Of a DNA stretch of 64,000 nt, positions 13,113-25,530 are shown piece after piece. The stretch is from assembly GCA_034780895.1 (NCBI GenBank), contig JAUZTB010000068.1:31375581-31439580 (forward strand). The letters are read 5' to 3'. Numbering within the stretch: the first letter of the stretch is position 1; each line of letters starts with the position of its first letter. A program made the position numbers and the translations under genes. Source of the DNA: Rhynchobatus australiae (Eukaryota). The notes under the pieces were generated by a model. That model saw nothing but the letters and a program-made list of their open reading frames with translations. It made no database searches and was not told the DNA's origin.

Positions 13113-14249
13113 TCTTGTGGAAAAAGTATTGGCTTCTGTTGTTGGATTTGCCCTCTCAGTTCTGGGATAGTACTGGGGGCAGAGGTTTTATAGACTAAAC
13201 AGGAGAAATAAGTTTCCCATATTAGAAAATACAGATTTGGTCAAAAGACCAGACAACATGCAGAAAGGTATTCTGTTCTGAAGGAACTGTCTGAAAGATG
13301 AATTAATTAACTGTCAGAAGGGAATTGGGTTTTATTTTGAAGGAAAATTTAGAGTTTTGAGGCAAGTGCACCCTTTTACAATATACATTTTTCAGATGTA
13401 TGCTTAGGGACTTTATTTACTGAAAAATTCTGTGTATTTTTCAAATTGTGAAAATTGGGGGATGGACCCAAGCCTCAGTGGAGGCTGCAAGTCAAAAACT
13501 TATGATAGAGTAGTCTCAATGGGCTCTTTCTGTGCTGTATTGTTATTCCCTAATGCAATTTCTCCCCCACACAACACTTTTCATTTTTGATTCATTTAAT
13601 TTTCCATTATTTTTTGCTTTCATCTGTTTCAATAATGTTCATGGCTGGTTGATTTAAATATCTTTTTGAACATTTCATATTTACTATTTACAATTGCTGT
13701 TTCCTGGCAGCTGGTCGTACCTCCAATTTCCATGCATGTGATTTTCTATAATTGACTTGACGGGCATATGATGGATGTCTGGATAATTCAACAGTATCTT
13801 GTCTTTGTGGTATAAGTCACCAGAATTCCTTACTATTTCTGATTTTTTTTTAAAAACATTCTGTGCAAGACTGTTCATTATGCAAGGTTTTTTTTGGGGG
13901 GGGAAGAAAGAAGGCCATTTGGTCTGTTGTCACTGTGCTTGCCTTTGAAAAAGCAGTTCTGCTTGGTCTCAAGTCCCTTTTTATCTGCTACCTTGCGAGT
14001 TCCTCCTTCTTGAGTATCTTCCCAACATGCCTTGAATATTATTTACGAAGTGAGCTTCCATCAATTTTTTTAGGTAAACTAGTCCAGGTCCACTCAACTG
14101 ATCTCTGTTATAAAGCTAATGAAAACCCCAGAATGTGAAGACTTGCATCCCAAAGTTTTAAGGGATGGCTATTGCAAAGAATGGTTTTCTTCTAAAAGTG
14201 CATAGTTCTGGTGTGGTTCATGCAGGTTGGAAGGTAGTGAAAATAATTG

Positions 14250-15690
14250 CACAATTTAAAAGGGAAAGGAGGAAACACACAGAATTAAAGTCCAGTCAGC
14301 CACATGTCAGTAGGAGGGAAAATATTACTCAGGAAGTAGACACATGGAATTTGGAAAATAATAGTACAGGGCAGAGTCAGAAAATAATAGTACTGGGTGG
14401 AGTTGGCATGGATTTATGAAAGAAAAATCATGTTTGCAAATTTTTTTTGAGATTGTAATTAGCAGATTAGATGTCGTGAACTGAACTTTCAGAAGTCTTT
14501 CAATATGTTGTCACAAAATTTTGGGGATGGGGATGAATATACTAGGATGAATTGAAGTTTTGTTAACAGAGGATACAGAAATGGGTCATATTCAGGTTAG
14601 GAAGCTGTGACTATTAGGATGGCAAGGGAGTTGGTGCTGGGGCCCATTTGTTGACAATCTGTTCAGTTTTCAGGTGATAGAAAGCTAGGTGAAAATGCGG
14701 GTTGTAAGGAGGATCCAGGGAGACTTCCAGGGGATATCAACAGGCTAAGGGTGGCATGGTGGACTTGCAGTCAGTGCTGCTGCCTCTCAGCTTTAGGGAC
14801 CTGGGTTCAAACCCAACCTTGAGTGCTGCTTTCTCGAGTCTGTGTATTTCCTTTGTGACTACATGGGTTTCTTCTAGGTGCTTTTGTTTCTTCTCTCAGT
14901 CTAAAACTGTGCTGGTAGGTTAATTGGCTACTGTGAATCACCACTTAGCGTAGATTAATTGTCAAAATAAAAGAATCAAGAGGGAGTTGATGGGCAAATG
15001 TGAGAGGGAATAGATGGCAAGGATCCAGGAAAATCAGGAGAGGAAATGGAATTACTTCCTATCTTAAAAGATGCAAGGTAAGTGGTTGTGCGAGGACAGA
15101 GCAGATGCAATATGATGTCAAAAGATACAAGGTCATCAAATAAAGGTGGAGAGTACTTTTAAAGTGTGAGTGATTAAAAGGTATTGGCATTCAGAAGGCC
15201 CATTGTATCTTCTTAGGGTTAGGGTTAGGTTGATATGTATGTACATCAATTCATACAAAGGCAAATAGTGTATTGGGCTTTATTCTTGTTCTTAGACATC
15301 TTTATTGCAAGTTGATCCTACTGGACATTGAGACCTTGCATGGAATATTGTTACAGATTTGGTCCACCGACCTAAAGAAGAAAATATTTATCATAGATGG
15401 AGTGCAGAGAAGGTTCCCCAGATTAATTGCTGGAAAGTGGAGGTGTTGTCATATGAGATGGGACGAAGCAGACTGGGTCTATACTCTCTAAAGTTTAGAA
15501 GAATGAGACATGACATCAAAGAAACATGCATAATGTTCATGTGATGAGAGAGGAGAGATTTAAAAAAAATCAAGATTTCCTTGGTTGGGCTATCTAAACC
15601 AGGAGCCATAGTCTGATAATAAAGCGTGGGCCATTCAGAACACAGTTGAGAAAAAATTTCTTTGCTGAGAGGGTAGTGACGTTTTTTGGT
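14250..15690 (+). mobile_element. CR1 LINE with a nested SINE
   Basis: catggatttatgaaag, gtgcagagaaggttccccaga, ctatactctctaaagtttagaagaatgaga. Confidence 0.7.
14750..15060 (+). mobile_element. V-SINE-like SINE nested in CR1
   Basis: gctgctgcctctcagctttagggacctgggttcaaaccc...catgggtttcttctaggtgc. Confidence 0.75.
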
Positions 15691-15699
15691 ATTTGCTAT

Positions 15700-17170
15700 T
15701 CAATAGGCGTTTGTTGCTGGATATGCAGGTCTCTAATTGAATTTTTTACCGCAACAGGTACAAAGCATTGGACTAGTTCCTCTTAAGAAGAGCTACATCT
15801 ATGTTTTTTATTGGTATAGAGGTTTCAGCTGACCATGGATGTATTATAGTCGTAAAGTTCTTTGTTCTATTGTCATTTTGACCATAGTCCTGGCCCGGTA
15901 CCTTGCCTCTACCAACTTCCTTTGTCTGGTTTATCTTGTTCTCACACTGAATAACTTCTCCTTTAGCTCCACTCACTTCCTTCAGATCAAAGGTGTAATT
16001 GTGGGAATCTGTGTGTCCAAACTATTCCTGCCTTTTTGTGAGAGGTATGGCAGATTTATTGTTTTATTCCTGCATAGGCCCCCTTTCTCAACTCTTACCA
16101 GTACATTGAATGTATCAGTGTTTCTTCCTGCTCTTGTAGAGAACTCAAAAAAATGTCATCTCTCTGCTGCCAGTTTTCATGCTAACCTCATTTTAATCTG
16201 GTCCATCACTGCTTCTTTCTCTCCCTTTCTTAACTTCCCTATCTCCATTTTGGGGGACAGGTTAGCAATCACTATCCACTGCAAACTCGCCTACTCTCAC
16301 AACTACCTTGACTACACATCATCGCACTTTGCTTCTTGTAAAGATTCCATTTCATTCTTCCATTTTCCCAGTCTCTGTTGTATCTTTTCTGATGTTGCCA
16401 CTTTCCACACATATGATGCCGAAGAGTTTTTCCTTAGCTGATTTCCCTTCCTCTATAGTTGATGGGGCCTCAATCATACCTATTCCATTTACTGCAGTTC
16501 TGCTCTCAACCCCCTCTCCTCCCATCACAATGATTGAATTTTCCCTTGTTCTTGCCTTCTGCTCCTTTGGCCTGCATTTTCTGGTTCACTTTTCTGTCTC
16601 CACTGATAGAAGTGCCATTTTCCTCAAGGCAGCTTCCCATGTAATCACAGGCCATGTAACCTTTTTAACACCACTTTTCCTGTTGTCAAGGGACCCAAAC
16701 CCTCATTCTGGGTGAATTAGCAATTGTACTTAATTTATCTGCTTCATCTGGTTCTCACAATGTGGAAGAAAACAAATGCAGATTGGGTGACCACTTAGCA
16801 GAAGATCTCAATTCATTTTGCAAGTGAACCTGAGCTTGCAGATGGTTACCATTTTAATTCTTCATACCATCCCCACCAACGTCTATCTCTGGCCTCCTAC
16901 AATGTTCCAACAGAGCATAATTTATGTATATAGAAGAGTGCCTTATCTTCTGCATATTACAGGTCTCTATTGAATTGGATGGTTTCAGATAATCAGCCAT
17001 TCTACGCTTTCATCTCGCACTTTGATTTTTTTTCTGTCTCATTTTATAACTTGGAAAAGTTAGAAATGAAACAGGCTCTGAGTTCTGATGAAAGGTCATC
17101 ATGCTAAATGGTTAATTGTCTTTCCCACTCCACAAAGATGCTGTCAGACATTTCTATTTTCAACATGTTC
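15700..17170 (+). mobile_element. Penelope-like retroelement remnant (RT, GIY-YIG region and terminal repeat)
   Basis: ORF 15839..16441 contains NNFSFSSTHFLQIKG and FLNFPISILGDRL...HNYLDYTSSH...CKDSI. Downstream KCRLGDHLAE is GIY-YIG-like; terminus ctgatgaaaggtc at about 17085. Confidence 0.85.
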
Positions 17171-17244
17171 TGCTTACCTAATAAGATGGGGGATATTTTA
17201 ATTGAATGTAAGTTATTTAAAAAAAAAGAATTAATATAAATCAA

Positions 17245-17470
17245 AAAAATCGCAGATTCTGAATCTGAAACAAAAACAGAAAATGCTGGAAACACTCAAC
17301 TCGTCAGGCAGCAGAAAGGGAAATAGAGTTCACATTTCTGGTCAATGACGAAACGTCTTTGACCTAAAACATTATGACCCTTCATCTTTGACTTGAAGTG
17401 TTAATTGTTCCCTTTGCCATAGGTGCTTTCTGGCTCGTTGACTGTTTCCAGCATTTTCTGTTTTTGTTAT
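17245..17470. repeat. Inverted pair of Penelope-terminus repeats
   Basis: aacaaaaacagaaatgctggaaacactcaac ... gttgactgtttccagcattttctgtttttgtt are reverse complements. Confidence 0.75.
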
Positions 17471-18376
17471 TGAACTAATGTGTTTAATTTGTTGTCTTTC
17501 TCTGAAATACTGAAATGGCATCCACATTATAAGACTTGATTCAATTGAGCTTTCCCAAACTCGAAGCAGTTAGTAAAACAGTGGAAAGAATATCTTAATC
17601 CACCTCTGAGGAGTAGGTGGAAGAATTGCAGCGCTAAGTTGTTCNNNNNNNNNNNNNNNNNNNNNNNNNNNNNNNNNNNNNNNNNNNNNNNNNNNNNNNN
17701 NNNNNNNNNNNNNNNNNNNCCCCCCCTCCTCTCTCTGTGAAAATACTCCTTTAGAAACTAGGACGTGCAAAAGGATGGCAAATACTTGATTGCTTACAAA
17801 GGTGACCTTTTTTAAAACTACCGTTTTCTTACTGAGGTTAATTATATTTTTACCTTTATGTAATGAGCTACCTGCTTATGGACAGTGAGGGGTGCAGTGT
17901 AATTTCAGAAATTAATTTTGCATGTGAAAGGAAAGCACGTTGGTATAAAAGCATATATGTGGTAGGGAAGCTGCTCGGTGGCTTCTTAGATTGAAAGCCA
18001 GAGCCTCCCTCCCACTTACAGTGACACAGAATTCATTCTCAGCCACTTTTTAAAATTCTATGCACAAAGCTTGGTGCACTTTAAAATTAAGGAGGTTCTA
18101 TGTTGATTACTCACTTCTTGTTTTCCATAACTGGGAATTATCGTTTGCATCATTCTCATAACCATAACTTCTCACACTGTCTCTACTTTTAGAAGCTGGT
18201 AAGTAACAGCACTCCTTTCTTGTGGGAAATAATGACACGGTATCTATATCAACTCTTGTGCAGCTAAGCTGGTTAGTTGGACGCACTTAAAAAATGTTAA
18301 TAATCAGTCTGTTGAATTAACCTGAATGTAGTGGATGTTTACAACTGTTTGTTTTCTACAGAATTGGAGGAGGAAG

Positions 18377-18488
18377 ATGAAGAGGCGAGCACCAGACAGA
18401 GGAGCCGGTGAATCCTCGGCACAATCCAAAGCTCTTTGTACAGGGATCTCTGGGAGCAACAGTAAAAGGGCTGGGCCATTCATCCTAG
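18377..18488 (+). CDS. STK40: STK40 first coding exon (MKRRAPDRGAGESSAQSKALCTGISGSNSKRAGPFIL-G)
   Basis: Translation matches the vertebrate STK40 N-terminus. Acceptor ttttctacag ends at 18361, ATG at 18377, donor G|gtgagt at 18489; 112 nt, phase 1. Confidence 0.97.
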
Positions 18489-20357
18489 GTGAGTTTCTTC
18501 AGTTAGAAAACTTCATCGAAGAGGAAATGCTGTTTAGCCATTAAGTATTTTTCTCTGCCACTTCTCTCATTCTGAATTTGTATGTGGTTTAATTCAAGAG
18601 GTACTCTGTCTCTTATTTGTGCCTCCACTGATTGAAGCAAGGTGGTGAATGTTAGCAAAATCATTCAGTTATAGGTGTATTTCGCCCAAATTTCACCTGT
18701 CATGTTCTCTTTTTGGAACTGGATTGCAGTTAGGAATAGGATCTCACTTTTCCTGCTATTCAGTATCTTATGGCACAACAGATTTCATTCATAGCTTGAT
18801 GCACTGAGACTAATTGTATTTGGGTAAGGTCAATTCAGTATTAAAGGAATCAAATCTGGGATCTTTGTTTCTGTGGCTGAGACCCCAAGTATTTTTGTCA
18901 TTTGAGATACCTAAGAAGCTAATTAACTAAAGAGGAGCAGATGATGAGAAAATTGGCAACCATTTCTACCCTGACTGTTACCCAGAGGCTGTTGTGGAAA
19001 AAAATTATGAAAGCTGTATGGCGAACATTATAACATCCTTTAAGCACCCACTCTCCAGTTTCTTGAGCAGAGGGCATTTGGGTAAGGTGCTTGTGGAATT
19101 TTGTGTCTGCATAGATCATTTTCATATAAGAAGGGGAAACTGCTTCAGCTGGATGTTCTTTCCAAAGTGATGGATTTAGTAAACACAAAAGATGTGACTC
19201 ATCAGAGTGGTTAATCAGTGATGGCTGGATCTCGCATGTGAGTGCTAAAGCCAAGGCTGAAGTATTTGTATCCATTTTCAGCCAGAAGTGCCAAGTGTAT
19301 GATTCATCTTGCCTTCCTCCTGAGATTCCCATCATCACAAAAGCCAGTTTGCAGCCAATTCAATTCTATCCATGTTATAGCAAGAAATAACAGGTACCAC
19401 TGGTTCAGCAAAGGATATGAGACTGAGCAACATTCCAGCTGTTGTACTGGATACTTGTTTTCAGACAAGCGCTGCCTCCTGCCAAGCAACTCCAGTGCAG
19501 TTACAGCACTGGCACCCACCCAGTCTGGAAGAATGCCCAGATGTGTCTTGGCTGCAAAAGGAAGTCCAAAGCCAATTTTGTAAATGGACATCTTAATCAT
19601 CAGCAAAGTGATGGAAGCAGTTATTTGATGCTGTTAGCAAGTGGGACTAAATCGCTTGATAATTTGCTGAGTTTGGGTTTCATCAGGACCACTTAGTTCC
19701 AGATTTCATTGCAGCTTGGGTCCAAACATTGATGAAGTCTCAGTTCCAAAACTGAGATGAAAGTTGTTGTCCTTGATGATACCACACTTCGTCAAATGTT
19801 TCAGTAAGGATCTAATCAGTGGAAATTGAGGGAAAAAAGCCCCATTCCTGAAATTGTACTTAAAAAGGAAGGATTAAGATGTTGGTGTAAGTCAATTATA
19901 CCATCCTCAAGACATCACTGCAGATTCCTCAGGGGCATAGTTGTGGCCACAGCTATCTTTAACTACATCATCAATGACCTTCCTTCCATCATAAAGTAGG
20001 AAGTGGAGATATTGGCAATATTCAGTTCTATGTGAACTCCTCAGATGTGCTTGCCTACTTGTAGGTAGATCTAGACTGCATTTAAGCATGGATTGATGTA
20101 ATAAGTCATGTTCCGCCATGCATGTCCCAGGCAATAACTATCTCAAAAATTATTTAGCCTTGTCATTCAAAGGTATTACCTGGCCTAGGGTCACAATTGA
20201 CCAGAAGCTCATTGGGACATGCACATAAATACTATTGTTAATATTAGGTCAGGAGTTGGAGTGACATTGAGATACTTCCCAAGCCCACAGCATGGTAGGT
20301 GACTCGTGGCCTAACACCATCTACAAATCACTAGACAGGAGTGTATATACAATCTAG

Positions 20358-20489
20358 AGAAACAAAGGACTGCAAATGCTGTAATCTAGATGAAAAACGT
20401 TATGATGCTGGAGGAACTCATCAGGCCAGGCAGCATCTGTGGAGAAAAGCAGGCGGTCAACATTTTAGTCTGACTCCTCCAGCATCATA
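20358..20489. repeat. Penelope-terminus-derived fold-back element
   Basis: tatgatgctggaggaactca ... tgactcctccagcatcata form inverted arms. Confidence 0.7.
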
Positions 20490-20604
20490 CAATGCAATCT
20501 ACTTGCTCAGATGAGTGCAGCTCTGACAACACACAAACAGCTTGATGCCTTCCAGGAGCAAACAACATGCTTGATTGATACCCCAATGCCCATCCTAAAG
20601 GGCC

Positions 20605-20908
20605 TGCATGGTAGTGGCGCTATAATACTGTTCGCGTAACGGTATTATAGCGCCTGTGACCCGGGTTCAATTCCCACAGCTTTCTGTAAGGAGTTTGTAT
20701 GTTCTCCTCATGACTGCATGGGTTTCCTCCAGCTGCTCTGGTTTCCTCCCACATTCCAAAGACATAAAGGTTAGGAAGTTGTGGGCGTGCTATGTTGGCA
20801 CCGGAGGTGTGGTGACGCTTGTGGGCTGCCCCAGGACACTCTACACAAAGATGCATTTCACTGTGTTTTGATGTACATCTGACTAATAAGAAATCTTGTC
20901 TTGTCTTA
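20605..20908 (+). mobile_element. tRNA-derived V-SINE/HE1-like SINE, near full length
   Basis: B box gggttcaattcc, V-domain ggtttcctcc...cacattccaaagac, tail gactaataagaaatcttgtcttgtctt; highly similar to 49956..50239. Confidence 0.88.
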
Positions 20909-21932
20909 AACATTTATTGACCATAGGCATAGGAACTGCAATGTGTGACATCTGCAAAATATACAGCAATTATTCATCAAGGCTACTCTGACGCTGTAAT
21001 TCCCAACCCCACAGCCTGGAGTAGAAAGGAGAGCAAGGAAAGCAAACAAGTTTAACTCCATTCCCCGATTTGGAAATGCAACACTGTTCCTTCATTGGTG
21101 CAGATCTAAATGCTGGTTCTCACTAGTCAGTACCAACGTGTGAGGACTTCAGGGTTTAATGTGTTGGCTCATTCTGAAGGGCATATTGGGTGTGTGCTAA
21201 GTACCCGTCCCTGCTCATGACACTAAAAAAGAAAGATAACCAGCTATGCTTGTGACAATACTGATCTCATTTTGGCAGGAAGCAGCTGAATTTGATCCTC
21301 AATCTGTGGGATTTCACAGAATTTTCTGTATTGTTGTAAATATGTTCCAACTATAGCTCCTGGGACAGGGAGGGGAAAATACCATCTTGACATCTGCTTC
21401 TGATAGGTCTCAAGTAAGCCTTGCATGGAAGATCTTGGTGAAGATGGGATTGAGGTTGAATATCAAATGTAGTAGAGCGGCCTATGAAACACGGGGTCTC
21501 TCTGGATTTGGAGACAGTCCTATTGTCTTAAAAACTGCCTACATTAAAGAGTGTAGGGGGAAAGAAAATTTATCCTGATTAATTATTTAAGCACTGTTCT
21601 GTACTGATATTTTTCCAGGAACGGTTAAAATAAATGACACCCTAGCTTTGCTGTGTCTTAAGGATTGGAAGTTGGGCTTTGGTCTCCACCAGGATTTGTC
21701 AGCTGCATGTTGTTTTTATGGTTTTTTTTTAGTGACTCAAGCGATTAGTCATACTGAGCTGTTCCCAGCAGGCACTTAATATACAAAATAACCTTGAATT
21801 TTAAAATGAGTAAAGAATCCTACACATTAGGGAAGTCTTTTATGCAATTGTTAGTCACCGGTCTTCCACTAAATTGAAAGGAATCTCTAGGGTATGCATT
21901 TTCTTTTTAAAGCAATTTATTTTCTTGGTTAG

Positions 21933-22018
21933 GTCCTCGTTTAGGAAATTCACCTGTTCAGAGCATTGTTCAATGTTTGGCGAGGAAAGATGGAACAGAT
22001 GACTTCTATCAATTAAAA
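21933..22018 (+). CDS. STK40: STK40 coding exon 2 (GPRLGNSPVQSIVQCLARKDGTDDFYQLK)
   Basis: Acceptor ttggttag, donor AAA|gtgagt; 86 nt restores the frame; matches STK40 N-lobe beta1-beta3. Confidence 0.97.
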
Positions 22019-23534
22019 GTGAGTAAAGGTTGCCTGGTAGTATTTTGTAAAATTATACAATAAACTGAGGTATTTCTATGCTTATACTTACATTTATTAA
22101 AAATGGGCCAAAGTTGCATTTTCAGTCAGATAATTGTGTTGCATATTAGTGAGTAGTGAATTTTTAAACTACATTCACCTGAACAGTGAAAATGATCAGC
22201 TGCACATCTTGTGTATCCAAAGAGATGTTTGAAGGATGAAGTACTACAGATTTGTCACTGGCATTGAAAATTGTAAAAGTAAATTAAAAGCATATTTGTT
22301 AATTTGTTTCAAAGCAAAATGATTCTAATTTGTTAAGAGTCCAGTGAGGTTGAAGTTAAAGCCCCTTGGCAGTTTTTTTATCAGTTAAACTTTTATAATC
22401 CCTATCCAGAAGGGATAGTCATGGGGAGGCTTCAATCACTGGCATTTATTTGTCATTGTATACCGTTGAATGCAGCCAACAAGTCCACCTTGTTTATTAA
22501 CTTTTGTATCCAGTTTATGTATTACTTGTTTCTCCCCTCCAAATCCTCCCCACCCTACCCCACTCCTACCTCCACAAACATTGCAATTGTACATAGCTGA
22601 CGATTAAAGAATGCGACTGAGCTCACCTTTGGTGCTACCAACAGTCAACATGCATAGATGTACTTTTTGTCAAGATCCTGTGGGATGATTGACTATTGAA
22701 ATGAAATGAGGCCATGTCCTTTGAGGCATTGGAATTCAAGTTTCTGTGGTAAATCTATAAGTATGATTGCAGTTTTAAAAACATAGTGTTGTATTGCACG
22801 TAGTTTGGTCTCCCAACTCCTATTCCCACACCTGAAAACTGCATTTAATACACGGTCATGCTCTAGTTTCCCTTTCCACAGCAGTATGTACTAAGGTATC
22901 TTCCCTGATTATCACCTCAATTTCCTTTAATCGACTGGTTTGCAAAAACTTTAAGAAGATGAAATAATAAACACACAAGTAAACGTTCTGATGCAATCAG
23001 GCTGGAAAGGAGCTTTGAGATTTTGAATCGGCCATGATTCTATTGAAAGGAGTGGGCTCAAAGGCCCCGAATGGCCAACTTGTCTTTTTTATGTTCTTAT
23101 TGCTCAAAGTGATTGGAAGAAGCAAACAAAGAAGGCTTTTTCCCCATGGGTTTATTCGTCGTTTAAGGGATAGTATATGGAGAAAGATCTAGGGAACAGG
23201 ATTAAAGCGGGTTGTTTCAGTTTGAGTTGGCACAAGTTTGATGATTCCAAAGGTTACATACTGTGGTGAATTTATGATTATTTTAATAGACATATTTGGA
23301 TTGAGTACAAGAAAAAATTGCTGCCTCGAGTCAATGGGCCTGTTTGCTTTTTATGTTAATAGCTCAGTGATTTTTTTTTGTTGTATCTGATTGGCAAACT
23401 TAATGAGAATCTGTTCAGTAAATACTTTATCTGCAAGATGTCTAGGTGCACAGAAAACTAATAGACACTTAGATTGATAGGAATTGTTTGAATTCTGACT
23501 TCACCACTTTACCCAACCTTTGCCCCTACTTTAG

Positions 23535-23675
23535 ATTCTGACTCTTGAAGATAGAGGTGAAGGAATGGAAACTCAGGAAGAAAGACAAGGAAAGATGCTT
23601 TTACATACAGAATACTCCCTTCTGTCCTTGCTTCACAGTCAAGATGGAGTGGTGCATCACCATGGCTTATTTCAG
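23535..23675 (+). CDS. STK40: STK40 coding exon 3 (ILTLEDRGEGMETQEERQGKMLLHTEYSLLSLLHSQDGVVHHHGLFQ)
   Basis: Acceptor ctactttag, donor CAG|gtaaag; 141 nt; overlaps ORF 23565..23774. Confidence 0.97.
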
Positions 23676-24714
23676 GTAAAGCACAGTGCATGTGTATCGT
23701 CAATCATCCACATGCTTCTGGTAATAGTACCTGTTGACTATTTTAATTTTCTTGCAAATAATTTTTCTGTTTAAGTCTGTATCAATGTGACACAGTTCCA
23801 TCATGCAGTAAAATATTAAAATTGCAACAGACTCTGCTGGTATGTAAAGTATAAATGGAATTTGTTAGGAAGGCAAATTTGTTAAATCTTAATCTAGATT
23901 AGCCATTGAAATACCAAAGAGCACACTTCCTTAGGAACCAAATCAAGGTTTCTTACCAATGGTTATTTCCTGGATTAGGCAGGTGCCCACCTAATGCTTG
24001 TTGGCCACAAAGAAGGGTCTGGGAGCAGATGCAGTTAAAATTCAATTCTGCAACCTATCTGGTTTTTGGTTGGCACTTGGAAGTCCACATATAAACATGA
24101 ACTAATGCAAAGTAATGCTAGAAATGTGGCCATGTCAAGGTAGCCAACTTGAAAAGTTAAATGTCTACTGGTTTAATATCTTTTACATTTAAAGCAAAGA
24201 CAATCATTTGCATAGTTAAATCTAATTTGTACATCAATCTTCTGGACATCAAAGTGGATGAGGGTAAAAACTTAGGGATTTAAAATCAAGAATATTTGAT
24301 CAATTTTCATTTTTTTTTTCCCAACAAGCAGCCCTAGTATCAGAACTTCTGCAAACATTTTATTCATTCCAATCAAGACATCTTACTGTTACTTCATTTG
24401 TGAAGCAGTACTGTTGGCTGGAAGGGCAGCCTGTTCTTAAATGATTGTGGAAAAAGTATTAACAGCCTGGATATTAGAATGTGCTTCCTAACATCTATAA
24501 TGTGGGAGAGCTGATGTGCGTCAGAGATAAGTATGGAAGGAAAATGTGTTGAAGTGTTTTTCAAGTAAATGAAAACTAAGGTGTTCCTTACCAGATTGCA
24601 GTTGTAAAGCCTACTTTTATTTGAAAATATTACCAAGATTAGTGTCCCAGAATAAGTTGGATTACATTCGCTCCTTCCAATAATCTGGTTCTCAATGCAT
24701 CTACTCTTTTACAG

Positions 24715-24936
24715 GATAGAGCTGTTGTAGAAGAGTTTGAATCAAACAAGCTTATACGGAGGATGAAGAAAAGAATCTGTTTAGTTCTCGACTGCCTCTG
24801 TGCTCATGACTTCAGTGACAAAACGGCTGATCTCATAAATCTGCAACATTATGTCATTAAAGAGAAGAGGCTCAGTGAGCGTGAAACAATTGCAATATTT
24901 TATGATGTGGTACGGGTAGTGGAAGCTTTACACAAG
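24715..24936 (+). CDS. STK40: STK40 coding exon 4 (DRAVVEEFESNKLIRRMKKRICLVLDCLCAHDFSDKTADLINLQHYVIKEKRLSERETIAIFYDVVRVVEALHK)
   Basis: Acceptor cttttacag, donor AAG|gtaagg; 222 nt; overlaps ORF 24763..24966. Confidence 0.97.
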
Positions 24937-25530
24937 GTAAGGGGATGCTATTTAATTTTTATTTGAGGTAGAAATATTAGTTCTGATGAGTAAGGCAAAT
25001 TTTCTTTACATGGATAGGTATAGGTTAAAGCAGTTTCCACCTTGCTATTGTTGCATATGCTGTGGTTTACCAAGGAATATCAGAGCTCTGAGTAAGGTTG
25101 TTAATATTCCAATCCCCTTTGGTTGTAGAGTTGGTGCTGGAGAGCTGGTAGACTGCTAATTCGGTACAATGATTTTAAAAATACGGAAAGGATAGATTAA
25201 GTAATTTCAGGGCAGGCAGCCTGACATTGGTAGTGGGCAAATTGTTAGAAAAAAGTAACCAATATAAATTATTATTTAGAAAAGTGTGAGAATTGAGAAA
25301 ATTCAGCATGGATTTTGGTTCACGAATGATTGAATGGTTTGTGGAAGACCGAGCATTTGCCAAGGTCCTACAAGGTAGACTGATTAGAAAAGTAAAAGTC
25401 TTCGGGATTTGAAGGAAAGTGATTTTATTTACTATTTTAATAGATTACTATTTATTATTAATCAGTATTTTTAATATAATTACTATAAATTGCTAGATAG
25501 CGATACAAATTACTGTCAGTTACTATTACT

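Larger units (their letters stand above)
19000..21230 (+). mobile_element. Decayed CR1/L2-group LINE with nested elements
   Basis: caagacatcactgcagattcctcagggg, catcaatgaccttccttccatcat, ggtcacaattgaccagaagctc; same family as 31660..32880. Confidence 0.65.

Noticed and set aside
15839-16715. Long ORFs of 200 and 135 aa
   Set aside because: Decayed Penelope-like RT with broken motifs and frameshifts; not a host gene.
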